Assembly (NCBI GenBank): GCA_040400915.1
Contig: JBBAPI010000006.1
Coordinates: 704-64,703 of the forward strand
Origin: Rubrivivax sp.
GTDB lineage: Bacteria > Pseudomonadota > Gammaproteobacteria > Burkholderiales > Burkholderiaceae_C
Direction: 5' to 3'
DNA: 64,000 nucleotides
The notes beneath the pieces are model-generated. The model worked only from the letters and a program-made list of their open reading frames with translations. It was not told the origin of the DNA and ran no database searches. Within the stretch, counting starts at the first letter, position 1. Every line of letters starts with the position of its first letter. Below are positions 9,490 to 19,872 of this stretch, piece by piece. The position numbers were made by a program, and so were the translations under genes.

Positions 9490-10889
9490 CGTGGGACGAA
9501 AAGGTGCCGCAGTTCGCTGCACCCGATACGGAGCAGTTCGCCGACAGAAGTGTCGAGCTCTCTGAGCGCATCGCGCGGCCACTTCCAGTTGTTGTAAGCC
9601 AACTGAACCAGACCTTGAGCGATGACAACCCCCCAGATGCCAGAAGCTGTCCATGCACACAGCGCGTATCCCAGGCAGGCGATGGCCAAGCCCGAAACAA
9701 TAGCGGCGCCGGCAAACGGAACCTTGTTGAGCGTCGTCAGGTAGTGAGCAGCGATGGAGTGGTTCATCTCCAGGAATGCGATCGTAACCATGGCCAGCAG
9801 GACCGGCGTGTCGAGCAAGTGCACTTGCCGGCCCAAATGCGCCAGCAATTCGTGCCCGAAAGAGGCCAGCAAGAAAGCGCCGAAGGCAAAGATGATCCAG
9901 GAGGAGACGACAGATAGCCCGACCGCCTGCTTCAGCAGCGCCCTGTCGCCGCGCGCCTGCGCCGCGTTCATGCGCGGCAGTTGCAGGATCACCAGCAACG
10001 ACGCCACGCCGGAAATCAGCAGCAACAGTTGAAGCGTCAGGCCATATGACCCCGCGATTTTGAGCCCGAGGTACGAGGAGACCACCAAGGTATTCGCGCG
10101 AATGATCAGGAAGCCGCCCAGCTGCACAACGAACAGTCGCCAGGCGTTGGGCCACAGGGTCCGCATCACTTCGACCGTCGTGGGCCGGACGTCCGTCGGC
10201 GCGGTTGACGGCGGAACAAGACCCTTGAAGTAGTGATGGGCAAGCCATCGGCCGACAACGCACGAAACCAGAGAGGCGATGCCGAGCGCCATCAGTTGCT
10301 GCTCGAAGATCAGTCCCAGTGCAGCAAGCAGAACGAAGCTGCCCCGCGTCAGCACCGTGATTCTGCTGTTCTGCCCGACATTCCCGTGCCCGAGGATGAA
10401 GGCGCTGTAATAGCCGTAGAAGACGTTGATGGTTATTCCACTCGCGTAAACCACCCAAGCGAGAACGGCAGTTCCTGCGCCAGCCTCACTCTTGGACACC
10501 AGCGTGGCGACATAGGCGCTGCCGCCGAGCACCAGGCAGACCGCAACCAGTGCAGTGATGACCTTGTAGCTGGCCCGACCTCCTGCGATCAGCGCCGTCA
10601 GTAGGCCGACGCTGACCGACGAGTTGGGACGCGGGGCCTGCAGCCCGATGCCGCTCAGGCTGTCCGCGCCAGCGAAGACATATGCAGCGGTGCGCGATAG
10701 CGTCGGCTGCAGGGCCAGTTCGAACAACTGGGCCATGGCGACCAGCGTCAGGAAGACGAACCAGAGGCCAACCTGCTCAGGGGAAAGTGTCAGCAGCACC
10801 ACCGGTAACAGCAACACGCCGCTGCCGATGTTGACCAGCTGAGCTGCATAACCCCAGGCGATGTCGGCATGTCTGAGTGGCTGCGTCAT
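9486..10889 (-). CDS. wzx: Wzx O-unit flippase
   Basis: 467 aa, about 12 TM segments, N-terminus WGYAAQLVNIGSGVLLLP...GLWFVF; follows the sugar-pathway genes. Confidence 0.85.
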   Translation of the reverse strand: MTQPLRHADIAWGYAAQLVNIGSGVLLLPVVLLTLSPEQVGLWFVFLTLVAMAQLFELALQPTLSRTAAYVFAGADSLSGIGLQAPRPNSSVSVGLLTALIAGGRASYKVITALVAVCLVLGGSAYVATLVSKSEAGAGTAVLAWVVYASGITINVFYGYYSAFILGHGNVGQNSRITVLTRGSFVLLAALGLIFEQQLMALGIASLVSCVVGRWLAHHYFKGLVPPSTAPTDVRPTTVEVMRTLWPNAWRLFVVQLGGFLIIRANTLVVSSYLGLKIAGSYGLTLQLLLLISGVASLLVILQLPRMNAAQARGDRALLKQAVGLSVVSSWIIFAFGAFLLASFGHELLAHLGRQVHLLDTPVLLAMVTIAFLEMNHSIAAHYLTTLNKVPFAGAAIVSGLAIACLGYALCAWTASGIWGVVIAQGLVQLAYNNWKWPRDALRELDTSVGELLRIGCSELRHLFVPR

Positions 10890-11734
10890 TGCGGCTCGAC
10901 GGCGTCGAGCGCCGGCACGAGGCGCATGATCTCATTCGAACGGTAAGGCACAGCGCCGGCCATCAACTGGCCTTTCGCATCCCAACGTCGCCACCAGCTC
11001 TCGGCGAATTCCAGCAGGGTCTGCGGATGGCCGCTTGCAACATGGCGTACGCGAGGTTGACCTGGCGCTATGTCTCGGAAGTCGAGGGCCTCGGCGATCT
11101 GACGGGCCACTTCCCGAACATCGATGAAATCCCGTATCTGTTCCCCGGCACTCATCTTGAAGTCCCGACCCGAGAGCGCCGCTTCCCGCAGCGAGGGCCA
11201 GAACCTGGAGGCCTGCTCGCCCTCGCCATAAACCTGAAAGATGCGCAGCACTTCCAACACCAACCCCTGCTCTCTCGCCATCCCCATGAAGGCGATGGTT
11301 GCGGCTGCCTTGGAGGTCGGATACGAAAGTGAGGGCTCGAGAGGTGCGTTGGTGGGAATCCGTGCGAAGGTCTCGGCAGCTCGACCGTACTCGAAGCAGG
11401 AGCCCGCAACGAGAAATCGGTTGACGCCGGACGCGACAGCTTGTCGTGCCATCCGGGTTGCTGCATACACATTCCAGTACAGGCAACTCTCCAGCGTGTC
11501 ATACGGCGGGTTCGGTGTGTGCGACGCCAAGTGCACGACCGCGTCGACGCCGACGAAAGCCGACCCCAGATCGCTATCGATGGCCTGTTCGATCCAGGCG
11601 GGTTCTCGATCCAAGGGAATTCGCGGCCTGCTGCCAGGGCGCCGCAGGGCCACGACTTCGTGGCCGGCACCGTGACACTGGTTGATAACGTGCGATCCGA
11701 CAAAACCCGTTCCCCCGGTCACGAAGACTTTCAT
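10886..11734 (-). CDS. NAD-dependent SDR, probable CDP-4-keto-3,6-dideoxyhexose 4-reductase (AscF/RfbJ-like)
   Basis: MKVFVTGGTGFVG, AGSCFEYG, YPTSK and FQVYGEGE; last gene of the ddh block. Confidence 0.8.
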   Translation of the reverse strand: MKVFVTGGTGFVGSHVINQCHGAGHEVVALRRPGSRPRIPLDREPAWIEQAIDSDLGSAFVGVDAVVHLASHTPNPPYDTLESCLYWNVYAATRMARQAVASGVNRFLVAGSCFEYGRAAETFARIPTNAPLEPSLSYPTSKAAATIAFMGMAREQGLVLEVLRIFQVYGEGEQASRFWPSLREAALSGRDFKMSAGEQIRDFIDVREVARQIAEALDFRDIAPGQPRVRHVASGHPQTLLEFAESWWRRWDAKGQLMAGAVPYRSNEIMRLVPALDAVEPQ

Positions 11735-11742
11735 GGGCTGTG

Positions 11743-12282
11743 TCAGAAAGGAGAAGCGAAGTCGGCGAGTGCCGGATGCAGGGCGTCGCGTGCGGACAGC
11801 AGTGGCTGGGCGCACCCCCAGTCGAATCCGAAGCTGGCCCAATGCACGCCCGCATCGTGTTGAGGCGCGTGTTCGGAACTGGTCTTATAGACCATCAGCG
11901 TGTGGTCCTCCAGCGCCCGGAAGCCGTGCGCCACGCCGCGTGGCACCACAACGAGTGCGGGCTCGGCTGCATCCAGGTGCACGGCAGCTACACGGCCATA
12001 ACCTGGGCCGCGACGCAGATCCAGCAACACATCGTGGGCCGAGCCATTGGCGCAATACACCAGCTTGACGTGATCGTGCGGGGGCAACTGGAAATGCATG
12101 CCGCGCACCACGTCCCGGTGCGAGTACGAGTAGAACTCCTCGCGCAAGTCGAACGCCGGGACGCCCGGTATGGCTTCGAAGACGCTCTGCGCATAGGTTT
12201 TCACGAAGCTGCCGCGCGCATCGTCCAGGCGCTTCAGGCGCACAAGCCAGACGCCCGGCAGCAATTCATCGGTGAACTGCAT
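11743..12282 (-). CDS. RmlC-fold sugar epimerase, probable CDP-4-keto-3,6-dideoxyglucose 5-epimerase (AscE-like)
   Basis: Cupin motifs RGSFVKT, REEFYS, RGMHFQ, KLVYC and VAHGF; directly after rfbH. Confidence 0.82.
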   Translation of the reverse strand: MQFTDELLPGVWLVRLKRLDDARGSFVKTYAQSVFEAIPGVPAFDLREEFYSYSHRDVVRGMHFQLPPHDHVKLVYCANGSAHDVLLDLRRGPGYGRVAAVHLDAAEPALVVVPRGVAHGFRALEDHTLMVYKTSSEHAPQHDAGVHWASFGFDWGCAQPLLSARDALHPALADFASPF

Positions 12283-13631
12283 CAGAAGCCTATTCCCAGG
12301 AAGGTCTCGAGCTTTTCGACGATGTAATCCAGATGGGCCTCGGTCAGCGCAGGGAAGACACCAATCCAGAAAGTCTGGTTCATCACGATGTCCGTGTTCG
12401 TGAGTTCGCCGCTGATGCGGAAATTGCGACCGATCATGTACGGCTGGCGCACCAAGTTCCCCGCGAACAAAAGACGAGTCCCGATCTTGGACTGGTCAAG
12501 ATAGTTCAGCAGATCGACACGCCGTACGCCGCTTTCGGGTTTGAGCACCAAGGGGAAACCGAACCATGAGGGTTCGGAATTCGGCGTGGCCTCTGGCAGG
12601 TGCAAGAACTCTTTGCACGATTGCAAACGTTCCTTCAGGTATGCAAAGTTGTGGCGCCTGATTCGGATGAAATCATCCACGCGATCCATTTGTGCCAGTG
12701 CACAGGCCGCCTGCATGTCGGATATCTTCAGGTTGTAGCCGAGATGCGAATAGGTGTACTTGTGGTCGTAGCCCTCGGGCAGGTTGCCCAGCTTCCAGCA
12801 AAAGCGTTTGTTGCAGGTATTGTCCTTGCCGGGTGGGCAATAGCAGTCACGGCCCCAATCACGGAACGATTCGGCGATCAGCTTGAGTTCGGGGTTGTTC
12901 GTGAAGACAGCACCACCCTCGCCCATGGTGATGTGGTGCGCCGGATAGAAGCTCAGCGTACCGATGTCCCCGAACGTTCCGACCATCTGGCCGTTGTAGC
13001 GCGCACCCATGGCGTCGCAGCAATCCTCTATCAGCCACAGACCGTATTTCTTGCAGAGCGCCGTGACGACGTCCAGGTTGAAAGGGTTGCCCAGCGAATG
13101 CGCCAGCATGATGGCCCGCGTCTTGGGCGAGATGGCTGCTTCGATCAGGGAAGCGTCGATGTTGTGGGTTGCCAGATCGACGTCTACAAAGACCGGTACC
13201 GCGCCGAATTGCAGGATGGGATTGACCGTGGTCGGGAACCCTGCTGCAACACCGATGACCTCGTCTCCCGGTTTGATGGCGCGGTCACCCAGTCGAGGCG
13301 AAGTCAAGGTCGAAAAGGCCACCAGGTTGGCCGACGAACCCGAGTTGACAGTGATGAGATGTTTGACACCAAGAAACGCTGCCAATCTCGATTCGAACTC
13401 AGCATTGAATCGGCCGGTGGTGAGCCAGCCATCCAGCGAAGCCTCGACCATCAACTGCAATTCCTTGGTTCCGATGACCTTGCCGGACACAGGAACCACC
13501 GATTCGCCGGGCACGAAGGGTTGGGGTGCAAGCGTCAGCTCTGCATAGCGCCGCACCAGCTCTGCAATTTCGTTGCGCAATGCAGCGGCAGGGGGGGCCA
13601 CGTTGGCTGTTGTGGCGAAAACGGTACTCAT
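12282..13631 (-). CDS. rfbH: CDP-4-keto-6-deoxy-D-glucose 3-dehydrase E1 (DdhC/AscC/RfbH)
   Basis: [22 protein letters not shown] (His where aminotransferases have Lys), Fe-S Cys motif [13 protein letters not shown] and YDHKY. Confidence 0.95.
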   Translation of the reverse strand: MSTVFATTANVAPPAAALRNEIAELVRRYAELTLAPQPFVPGESVVPVSGKVIGTKELQLMVEASLDGWLTTGRFNAEFESRLAAFLGVKHLITVNSGSSANLVAFSTLTSPRLGDRAIKPGDEVIGVAAGFPTTVNPILQFGAVPVFVDVDLATHNIDASLIEAAISPKTRAIMLAHSLGNPFNLDVVTALCKKYGLWLIEDCCDAMGARYNGQMVGTFGDIGTLSFYPAHHITMGEGGAVFTNNPELKLIAESFRDWGRDCYCPPGKDNTCNKRFCWKLGNLPEGYDHKYTYSHLGYNLKISDMQAACALAQMDRVDDFIRIRRHNFAYLKERLQSCKEFLHLPEATPNSEPSWFGFPLVLKPESGVRRVDLLNYLDQSKIGTRLLFAGNLVRQPYMIGRNFRISGELTNTDIVMNQTFWIGVFPALTEAHLDYIVEKLETFLGIGF

Positions 13632-14704
13632 TGAGGGTCCTTGTTGATCATGCAATGCGAATATTGGGCAATCTGCTCAAGGCACAGGGCGCGAACATCG
13701 TCGCCGGCCAACCAGGCGCGGTGCCAACGCACGATCTCGTGCAATGCCGTGTCGAGCGACCAGCGCGGCTGCCAGCCCAGACGGCTCGCGGCCTTGGAAA
13801 TGTCGAGCTTGAGGAAGTTGGCTTCGTGCGGCTGCGGCGCATCGTCGAGTTTCCAGCTGGCGCCCGCACCCCAGGCGTTGACCAGACGTTCGACGATCCA
13901 GTGCACGGGCCGAGCATCTTCGTCACGCGGGCCGAAATTCCAGCCTTCGGCGCAGGCCTGGCCTTCGGTGAAGAGTCGCTGCGCAAGCAAGAGATAGCCC
14001 GAGAGCGGTTCCAGAACGTGCTGCCAGGGCCGCGTGGCGTGTGGATTGCGAATGAGCACGGACTGACCGGCGCCCATGCCACGCAGGATGTCGGGCACCA
14101 GACGGTCCGCGGCCCAGTCGCCGCCGCCGATGACATTGCCTGCCCGGGCCGACGCCAGTGCTGCCCCCTGTTGGAAGAACGACTGGCGATAGGCCGCCGT
14201 CACGAGTTCCGAGCAACCCTTGCTGCTGCTGTACGGGTCGCGACCGCCCATCGGCTCGCTTTCACGGTAGCCCCAGACCCACTCCCTGTTTTCGTAGCAC
14301 TTGTCGGTGGTGACGTTGACGATCGCCCGCACAGTGCCTGCCCGGCGGGCTGCTTCGAGCACATGCACCGTCCCCATCACATTCGTGGCGTAGGTTTCCA
14401 CAGGCTCGGCGTACGAATACCGCACCAGCGGTTGAGCGGCCATGTGGATGACGATGTCAGGGCCGAAAGCCACCAGGCTGCTGCATACGGCCTCGAATTC
14501 GCGAATGTCGCCCAGTGTGGACACCATGCCTTCGGCGACCCGTGCTTGGGTAAAAAGCGCAGGCGTGGTCGGCGGTGACAAGGCGTAACCCTGCACTGAC
14601 GCGCCCAGCGATTGCAACCAAAGCGCGAGCCAACTGCCCTTGAAGCCGGTGTGGCCGGTCAGGAAAACGCGTTTGCCGCGCCAGAAATCGGCCTCGACGA
14701 CCAT
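13628..14704 (-). CDS. rfbG: CDP-glucose 4,6-dehydratase (DdhB)
   Basis: [43 protein letters not shown] and [13 protein letters not shown]. Confidence 0.95.
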   Translation of the reverse strand: MVVEADFWRGKRVFLTGHTGFKGSWLALWLQSLGASVQGYALSPPTTPALFTQARVAEGMVSTLGDIREFEAVCSSLVAFGPDIVIHMAAQPLVRYSYAEPVETYATNVMGTVHVLEAARRAGTVRAIVNVTTDKCYENREWVWGYRESEPMGGRDPYSSSKGCSELVTAAYRQSFFQQGAALASARAGNVIGGGDWAADRLVPDILRGMGAGQSVLIRNPHATRPWQHVLEPLSGYLLLAQRLFTEGQACAEGWNFGPRDEDARPVHWIVERLVNAWGAGASWKLDDAPQPHEANFLKLDISKAASRLGWQPRWSLDTALHEIVRWHRAWLAGDDVRALCLEQIAQYSHCMINKDPQ

Positions 14705-14706
14705 GT

Positions 14707-15480
14707 TCAATCCCAATGCTTCCAGGGAGCCTTGCCGCTGGCCCACAGATCCTCAAGGTGGACCTTGTCGCGCAGCGTGTCCATCGGCTGCCAGAAACCG
14801 TTGTGTTCATAGGCCATCAATTCGCCCTGCGCCGCCAGGCCGACCAAGGGGGCTTGTTCCCAGATGCATGCGTCGCTGTCGATCAAGGTCAGCACCTTGG
14901 GTGAAAGCACGAAGAAACCGCCATTGATGCGACCACCGTCGCCGCGAGGCTTTTCCGTGAAGCTGCGCACCTGACTCTCGGCGATATCCAGCGCGCCGAA
15001 GCGGCCGGGTGGCAATGTGGCCGTCAGCGTGGCCTGCTTGCCGTGCTGGTGATGGAAGGCCAGCGTGGCCGCGATATCCAAATCGCTGACGCCGTCGCCA
15101 TAGGTGAAGAAGAAGGCCTCCTCGTCCTGCACATACTGCCGCACTCGGCCCAGCCGCCCGCCCGTCATCGACTGCTCGCCCGTGTCGACCAAGGTCACTT
15201 TCCAAGGCTCCGCGCGCTTGTGATGGACATCCATGCGGTTGGCCCGCATGTCGAAAGTCACGTCGGACGTGTGCAAGAAGTAGTTGGCAAAGTACTCCTT
15301 GATCATGTAGCCCTTGTACCCGCAGCAGATCACGAAGTCATTGCAGCCGTGGGCTGAATACATCTTCATGATGTGCCACAGGATCGGCTTGCCGCCGATT
15401 TCGACCATGGGCTTGGGCCGGCTCAGCGTTTCTTCGCTGAGCCTTGTGCCCAGGCCACCGGCAAGGATCACGGCTTTCAT
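14707..15480 (-). CDS. rfbF: Glucose-1-phosphate cytidylyltransferase (DdhA)
   Basis: [38 protein letters not shown] and [11 protein letters not shown]. Confidence 0.95.
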   Translation of the reverse strand: MKAVILAGGLGTRLSEETLSRPKPMVEIGGKPILWHIMKMYSAHGCNDFVICCGYKGYMIKEYFANYFLHTSDVTFDMRANRMDVHHKRAEPWKVTLVDTGEQSMTGGRLGRVRQYVQDEEAFFFTYGDGVSDLDIAATLAFHHQHGKQATLTATLPPGRFGALDIAESQVRSFTEKPRGDGGRINGGFFVLSPKVLTLIDSDACIWEQAPLVGLAAQGELMAYEHNGFWQPMDTLRDKVHLEDLWASGKAPWKHWD

Positions 15481-15511
15481 CGGCACGGTACTTTCTTCAG
15501 GAATATGAATG

Positions 15512-16501
15512 TCAAGATGAACTCACGAAAGCGTCTGAGAAGAATCGCCCTTTGGGTAACCCGGCAGTTTGCAGGACGACACGGGCTGACTGGATCATGG
15601 CATCGGAGCCGCAAGCGTAAACCACGGCCCGTTCGATGTCGGGTGCTGTTCGCATGAGCGCGTCTTGCACGTGGCCGCGTTCGCCAACCCACTCCCCGCC
15701 CGCTCGGGACAGAACGGGCGTGTGGTTCAGCCCAGGCAGGGCGCGGCCGGGGCTCCAGTAAAGATCGGCCTCCAAACGCCCCCCCCAAAACAATGCGACC
15801 GAGCGAGGTGCGCGCTCGGGTCCGTACGTTGCCAATTCGGCCAACATCGATTTGACTGGCGCAATGCCGGTACCGGTCGCCAGAAACACCAGGTCGAGAC
15901 CAGCCACGTTGCGCAGGAAGAAGGTGCCGAGCGGTCCACGCAGTCTCAGCAGGTCGTTGGGTTTCGCGCTGCCGAACCAGTAGTCACTCATCAGGCCGCC
16001 GGGCACTTGGCGGATTTGTATTTCCAGCTTTTCCGGCGCAGCCGAATCGCTGGCTACGGAATAACTGCGGGACACCCCTCCATGGCCGACGACGTCGATG
16101 TATTGGCCAGCACGGAATTTGAATCCTGATCCGGGCGGCAACCGCAGCGTCACGATCATGACGTCGGGGGCCGGTCTAGACAGGCCGTCGATGCGGCAAG
16201 GCAGCGTCTTGACGCTGATGCCGGCCAGACCGCTGAGGTCCTCGATGTCCAAACTCAGATCGGATGTGGCTTCGCGCGCGCAAGTGAGGATCATCCCGCC
16301 GGCGATCTCGTCTTCTCGCAGAGAGACCTCGGGCCGCAGTGGACGGGATTGGCCCGCAGTCACCTGGGCTTTGCAACTGCCGCACCGCCCAGTGCGGCAG
16401 CTGTGTTCGATGGCGAGAGAAGCCCGTTCTGCCGCTTCCAGGATCGAGGCACCCACCTCCGCTTGGAAGGTCTTGCCGTTCGATAGGGTCACGATACTCA
16501 T
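15512..16501 (-). CDS. rfbI: CDP-6-deoxy-delta3,4-glucoseen reductase E3 (DdhD/AscD): 2Fe-2S ferredoxin plus FAD/NAD reductase
   Basis: CRTGRCGSC...LTC ferredoxin motif, [15 protein letters not shown] and YACGS; first gene of the ddh block. Confidence 0.85.
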   Translation of the reverse strand: MSIVTLSNGKTFQAEVGASILEAAERASLAIEHSCRTGRCGSCKAQVTAGQSRPLRPEVSLREDEIAGGMILTCAREATSDLSLDIEDLSGLAGISVKTLPCRIDGLSRPAPDVMIVTLRLPPGSGFKFRAGQYIDVVGHGGVSRSYSVASDSAAPEKLEIQIRQVPGGLMSDYWFGSAKPNDLLRLRGPLGTFFLRNVAGLDLVFLATGTGIAPVKSMLAELATYGPERAPRSVALFWGGRLEADLYWSPGRALPGLNHTPVLSRAGGEWVGERGHVQDALMRTAPDIERAVVYACGSDAMIQSARVVLQTAGLPKGRFFSDAFVSSS

Positions 16502-16623
16502 CGCAGTCTTCGGGTGTACTGAGGAAAAAGCAGCGTAGGTCCAGACTCTCCGAAAGCCTCTGCGCCGACGGACATGAAGTGCCGCATTCCCGGCTGACCA
16601 ACCTCATCCTGCACCACGGGCCT

Positions 16624-17781
16624 TCAGTCGATGGCCGTCTGGATGGCCGGCTTGTGCCGCTGCCCTCGCGTCACGACCCAGATCAGCAGCAGCACGAAGG
16701 CACCGGCCGTCACACCGAGGGCGGTCAGGGCCCGCTTGGGCCGGCTCTTCTTTTCGGGCGGCGTTGCGGGGTCGATCACCTGTATCAGTGCGCCTTCACG
16801 GGTTTCATCCAATCGCGCCAATTCGTATTGGCGCGAAAACAATTCGAACAAAGTTTCCTGATACTTGAATTCGCGGTATTTGCCGACGTAGTTCGGGCCT
16901 GCTCCCGTGTCGGGTGTCGCATCTTCTACCTTTGCCAACTCGCCCCGCAGCGCACCCAGAGTGGCCATTTGTTGCTGGACTTCGGGCGCGCTGTCGGTGA
17001 GGTTGCGACGCAGGGTCTGAACCTTCACCTCGGCGGCGGTGGCCTCGGCTTTGAGCTTGGCGTAGCCCTCGGCCGCGGCCTTCGGCTCGGCTTTCAATGC
17101 CCCTGTGCTGAAGCCGCTGTCCTGCAATGCCTGTTGTGCGCGAGCCAACTGATCGCGCGTCTGTTTCAGTTGAGCCTCGAAGAACACGCGCCGTTGCTGC
17201 GATTCGGACAGCGCCAGTCTTGCGGTCATGCGACGCAATTCATCGACATGCCGATTGGCCATGTCTGCGGCGCGCTGGGGGCTGACGTCGTCGACCTCGA
17301 TGGTGATCAGCCCGTCCTTCTTGCCAGCGCCGATGCGCACGTTCTTCGCCAACTCCTTGCGCGCTTCCACCCGGTACTTTTCGTCGTAGACCTTCAGCAG
17401 GTCGAACTGATCCACGATGCGGTCTGCCACCGTCGTGCTTTGCATCAGCGCCACGTACTGGTCGGCAGGACTCTTGATGCCAGCCGCTGCACCGGCCAGG
17501 CTCGACAGCGCACCCAGCGACGACAAGGCTGTTGCTGCAAGGCTCTGCTGCTGCTGAGGCGGCAGGAAGACCGTGCGTGCCGTGAAGGTGGGTGGGATCA
17601 GGTACGTGGCCGCCAGGCCCACAAGCCCGGCCAGCAAGGACCCTAAGACCAGCAGGATCCATCGCTCTCGCATGGGCCCCAGAACCTCGAGTGCTGCTCG
17701 CGCAGGTTCCTGGTCCGCCAAATCATCGCTCGGATGGGTCGCGGCATCCACCCTCGAGTCCGACGCATCGACCCTCGTCAT
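16624..17781 (-). CDS. wzz: Wzz-type chain-length determinant (polysaccharide co-polymerase)
   Basis: Two TM segments flank a coiled-coil region; C-terminal IQVIDPATPPEKKSRPKR; no tyrosine-kinase domain. Confidence 0.85.
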   Translation of the reverse strand: MTRVDASDSRVDAATHPSDDLADQEPARAALEVLGPMRERWILLVLGSLLAGLVGLAATYLIPPTFTARTVFLPPQQQQSLAATALSSLGALSSLAGAAAGIKSPADQYVALMQSTTVADRIVDQFDLLKVYDEKYRVEARKELAKNVRIGAGKKDGLITIEVDDVSPQRAADMANRHVDELRRMTARLALSESQQRRVFFEAQLKQTRDQLARAQQALQDSGFSTGALKAEPKAAAEGYAKLKAEATAAEVKVQTLRRNLTDSAPEVQQQMATLGALRGELAKVEDATPDTGAGPNYVGKYREFKYQETLFELFSRQYELARLDETREGALIQVIDPATPPEKKSRPKRALTALGVTAGAFVLLLIWVVTRGQRHKPAIQTAID

Positions 17782-17887
17782 GGGCAGCCCGCCGAAACAT
17801 CATCCCGTGGATGGAGGTCGGTTCGGATCGCTGCCAAACACGGCCTCATCGAGCCACTCGCATTTGCCTGCGCAGTCATGACCCGCA

Positions 17888-19738
17888 TCATCGGATGGCC
17901 GCTGTGGACTTGATGCCTGCGGCGCCCAGGCCCAACTGGTACAGGATCAGAGTCCAATCTCTGGCCGTCTGAAGTGCTGTCGACTTGTCCATTTCCTCGG
18001 GCACGAATACGCTGTCTCCGGGCAGTGCTGACATGGCCAGGGTGGACGCATCCCTGGAGAACCAGCCCGTGTTGTTCTGGCGGTTGCTGACAACCTGACC
18101 ATTGGCTCGAACAACGAACAGGCTGGCCTCGTCGGCGCCTTTGGTCGGTCCCCCGGCCAATCGAACGTAGTCGCTCAACGGCCGTGAACCCTGGTAGAGG
18201 TAACTGCCCGCGTTGAAGACGCTGCCGAAGACCCCGACGGCTGAGGGTTTGGGCGGAACGAAGACCTTGTCGCCGTCCTCCAGCAGCAGTTCCGGCAAAT
18301 CGCGCGCTTCGGGTGCGACTTGCAACACCACACGACCGGACGGCTGCAGGGCGCGCAGCCGGTCGACCAGGCGCGCGTTCGTCGCTGCCCGGGTCTGGGC
18401 GTTCAGCGCATCCTCCTGCGAGGTGACGCGTTGAGATGCACTGCTCTTGATCAGATCCGTCTCGAGGTCGCGCAGAGCCCGTTCGTAGTTTTCCTGCTGG
18501 GAAGCGCGCACGCTCACGCGCGTGAAGTTCGTGCCGAAGACGAACGCCGTCGTCGACAAGCCGCCGGCAGCCCGTATCGCATCGGCCAGGGTGCTTTCAG
18601 GCGGCAGCAGATACTCGCCCGGAACGGCGATCTCACCCTCGACACGGATGCGCTTGTTCTGGCGTTGCACGGACAGCGAAGAGTCGACCGCGCTGAAGAC
18701 GCGCACGACATCACCACTTTGCAAGGTCATGTTCTCGCTGGCCGGCAGCTTCAATTGCACGACACGCTGGTCGTTGCGGTTCTCCAGGCGCTCCAGCGAA
18801 AAGCGCGTTCGGTCAGCGACCTCCGTGAAGCCTCCGGCCATGCGCAGGACATCCTTGAGGACTTCGCCCTGCTTCAGCTCGAAAATGGCCTGTCGGTTGA
18901 CGCTGCCGCGCAGCGCGACTTGCGTACCGACGGGCAACACGTGGATCACATCGTCAGGTTCAACCAGCCGGTCGGACGTGCGGTCGCCGCGTTGCAACAG
19001 GTCGTAGAGGTCGAAGCTGGCAACCGTCTTGCCTTGACGCCGCAATTCGATTTGGCGGAAGCTGCCGGCGGCGGACGGGCCGCCTGCACGCATCGCAGCA
19101 CTCATGACCGTGGAAAGCCCTGCGACGGCGTAGGCACCGGGCCGCTGCACGAAGCCGGTGACGTACACCCGCACACCGCGTAACTTGCCCAGCGAGGCGC
19201 TGAGCTCGAAATTCTTGAACACCTGGGCCACCCGCCGGGTCAGCGTTTCGCGCAGGTCAGCGAAGCGCACGCCGGCCACCAAGGTTGGACCCACGCGAGG
19301 AATCGTCACCCGCCCGGCGCGGTCGACGGTCAGGCGCATGTCCGCATCCACCGAGCCCCACAGCGACACCTGTATCTCGTCGCCAGGCTGTATCACGTAT
19401 TCCGGCGGCACCAGCGGGCTGAAGTCGGCAGCGCCCGCAGCGAGTTCGTTGACCAGGTCCGAGCCGTAGCGCTGCAGACCGACGAAAGTTTCAAATTCAC
19501 CGGGCTTGGCCGCAGTTTGAACCGGCGCTGCGATGGTCGTGACGACGGGTTCTGCCAGCGGCTGGCGCAGCCGTACGGGCCCCCCAGTGGTGGTTGCGGC
19601 GTCTGCCGTACCGCTTGCCGACGAATTCGTCGACTGGGCCAGGGAAGCCAGAGTCGTCACGCACAGCGCGGCCGCGATGCAAAGGCGGCTGACGCTCGAT
19701 CGGCGGCCTGACAGGCGTGGCAGGGAAAACAGATGCAT
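17888..19738 (-). CDS. Multi-SLBB polysaccharide export protein (Wza/KpsD/OtnA-like)
   Basis: Signal-like N-terminus, EYVIQPGDEIQV...WG poly-export motif, repeated SLBB motifs (VYVTGFVQRPG, VEGEIAVPGEY, GVFGSVFNAG). Start ATG 19738 is uncertain. Confidence 0.85.
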   Translation of the reverse strand: MHLFSLPRLSGRRSSVSRLCIAAALCVTTLASLAQSTNSSASGTADAATTTGGPVRLRQPLAEPVVTTIAAPVQTAAKPGEFETFVGLQRYGSDLVNELAAGAADFSPLVPPEYVIQPGDEIQVSLWGSVDADMRLTVDRAGRVTIPRVGPTLVAGVRFADLRETLTRRVAQVFKNFELSASLGKLRGVRVYVTGFVQRPGAYAVAGLSTVMSAAMRAGGPSAAGSFRQIELRRQGKTVASFDLYDLLQRGDRTSDRLVEPDDVIHVLPVGTQVALRGSVNRQAIFELKQGEVLKDVLRMAGGFTEVADRTRFSLERLENRNDQRVVQLKLPASENMTLQSGDVVRVFSAVDSSLSVQRQNKRIRVEGEIAVPGEYLLPPESTLADAIRAAGGLSTTAFVFGTNFTRVSVRASQQENYERALRDLETDLIKSSASQRVTSQEDALNAQTRAATNARLVDRLRALQPSGRVVLQVAPEARDLPELLLEDGDKVFVPPKPSAVGVFGSVFNAGSYLYQGSRPLSDYVRLAGGPTKGADEASLFVVRANGQVVSNRQNNTGWFSRDASTLAMSALPGDSVFVPEEMDKSTALQTARDWTLILYQLGLGAAGIKSTAAIR

Positions 19739-19789
19739 CGGAAGATATGGCTCGTGGCCCTGAAGCGCGTGAGCAAACAAAAGACCACC

Positions 19790-19795
19790 ATTCTA
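19790..19795 (-). promoter_or_regulatory. Candidate -10 (TAGAAT) for the leftward SLBB-wzz-ddh transcript
   Basis: ATTCTA on +, about 50 bp upstream of the SLBB start; no clear -35. Confidence 0.35.
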
Positions 19796-19872
19796 CCGGC
19801 CGCCTTCTGCGCCTCGGAGCCTCATCAGGATGTACGAGCCATCACCTGATGATCATTGGTTAGACTTCATCC

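Noticed and set aside
9490-10458. Apparent 697-aa GT2 with a long N-terminus
   Set aside because: The extra part overlaps wzx in another frame; an ATGA-coupled start at 9489 explains the gene. The same applies to the over-long calls 3901-5439, 22608-24029 and 32621-33988.
19790-19805. ops/JUMPstart element for the polysaccharide operon
   Set aside because: GGCCGGTAG on - is not GGCGGTAG and is better explained as the flank of the TAGAAT -10.
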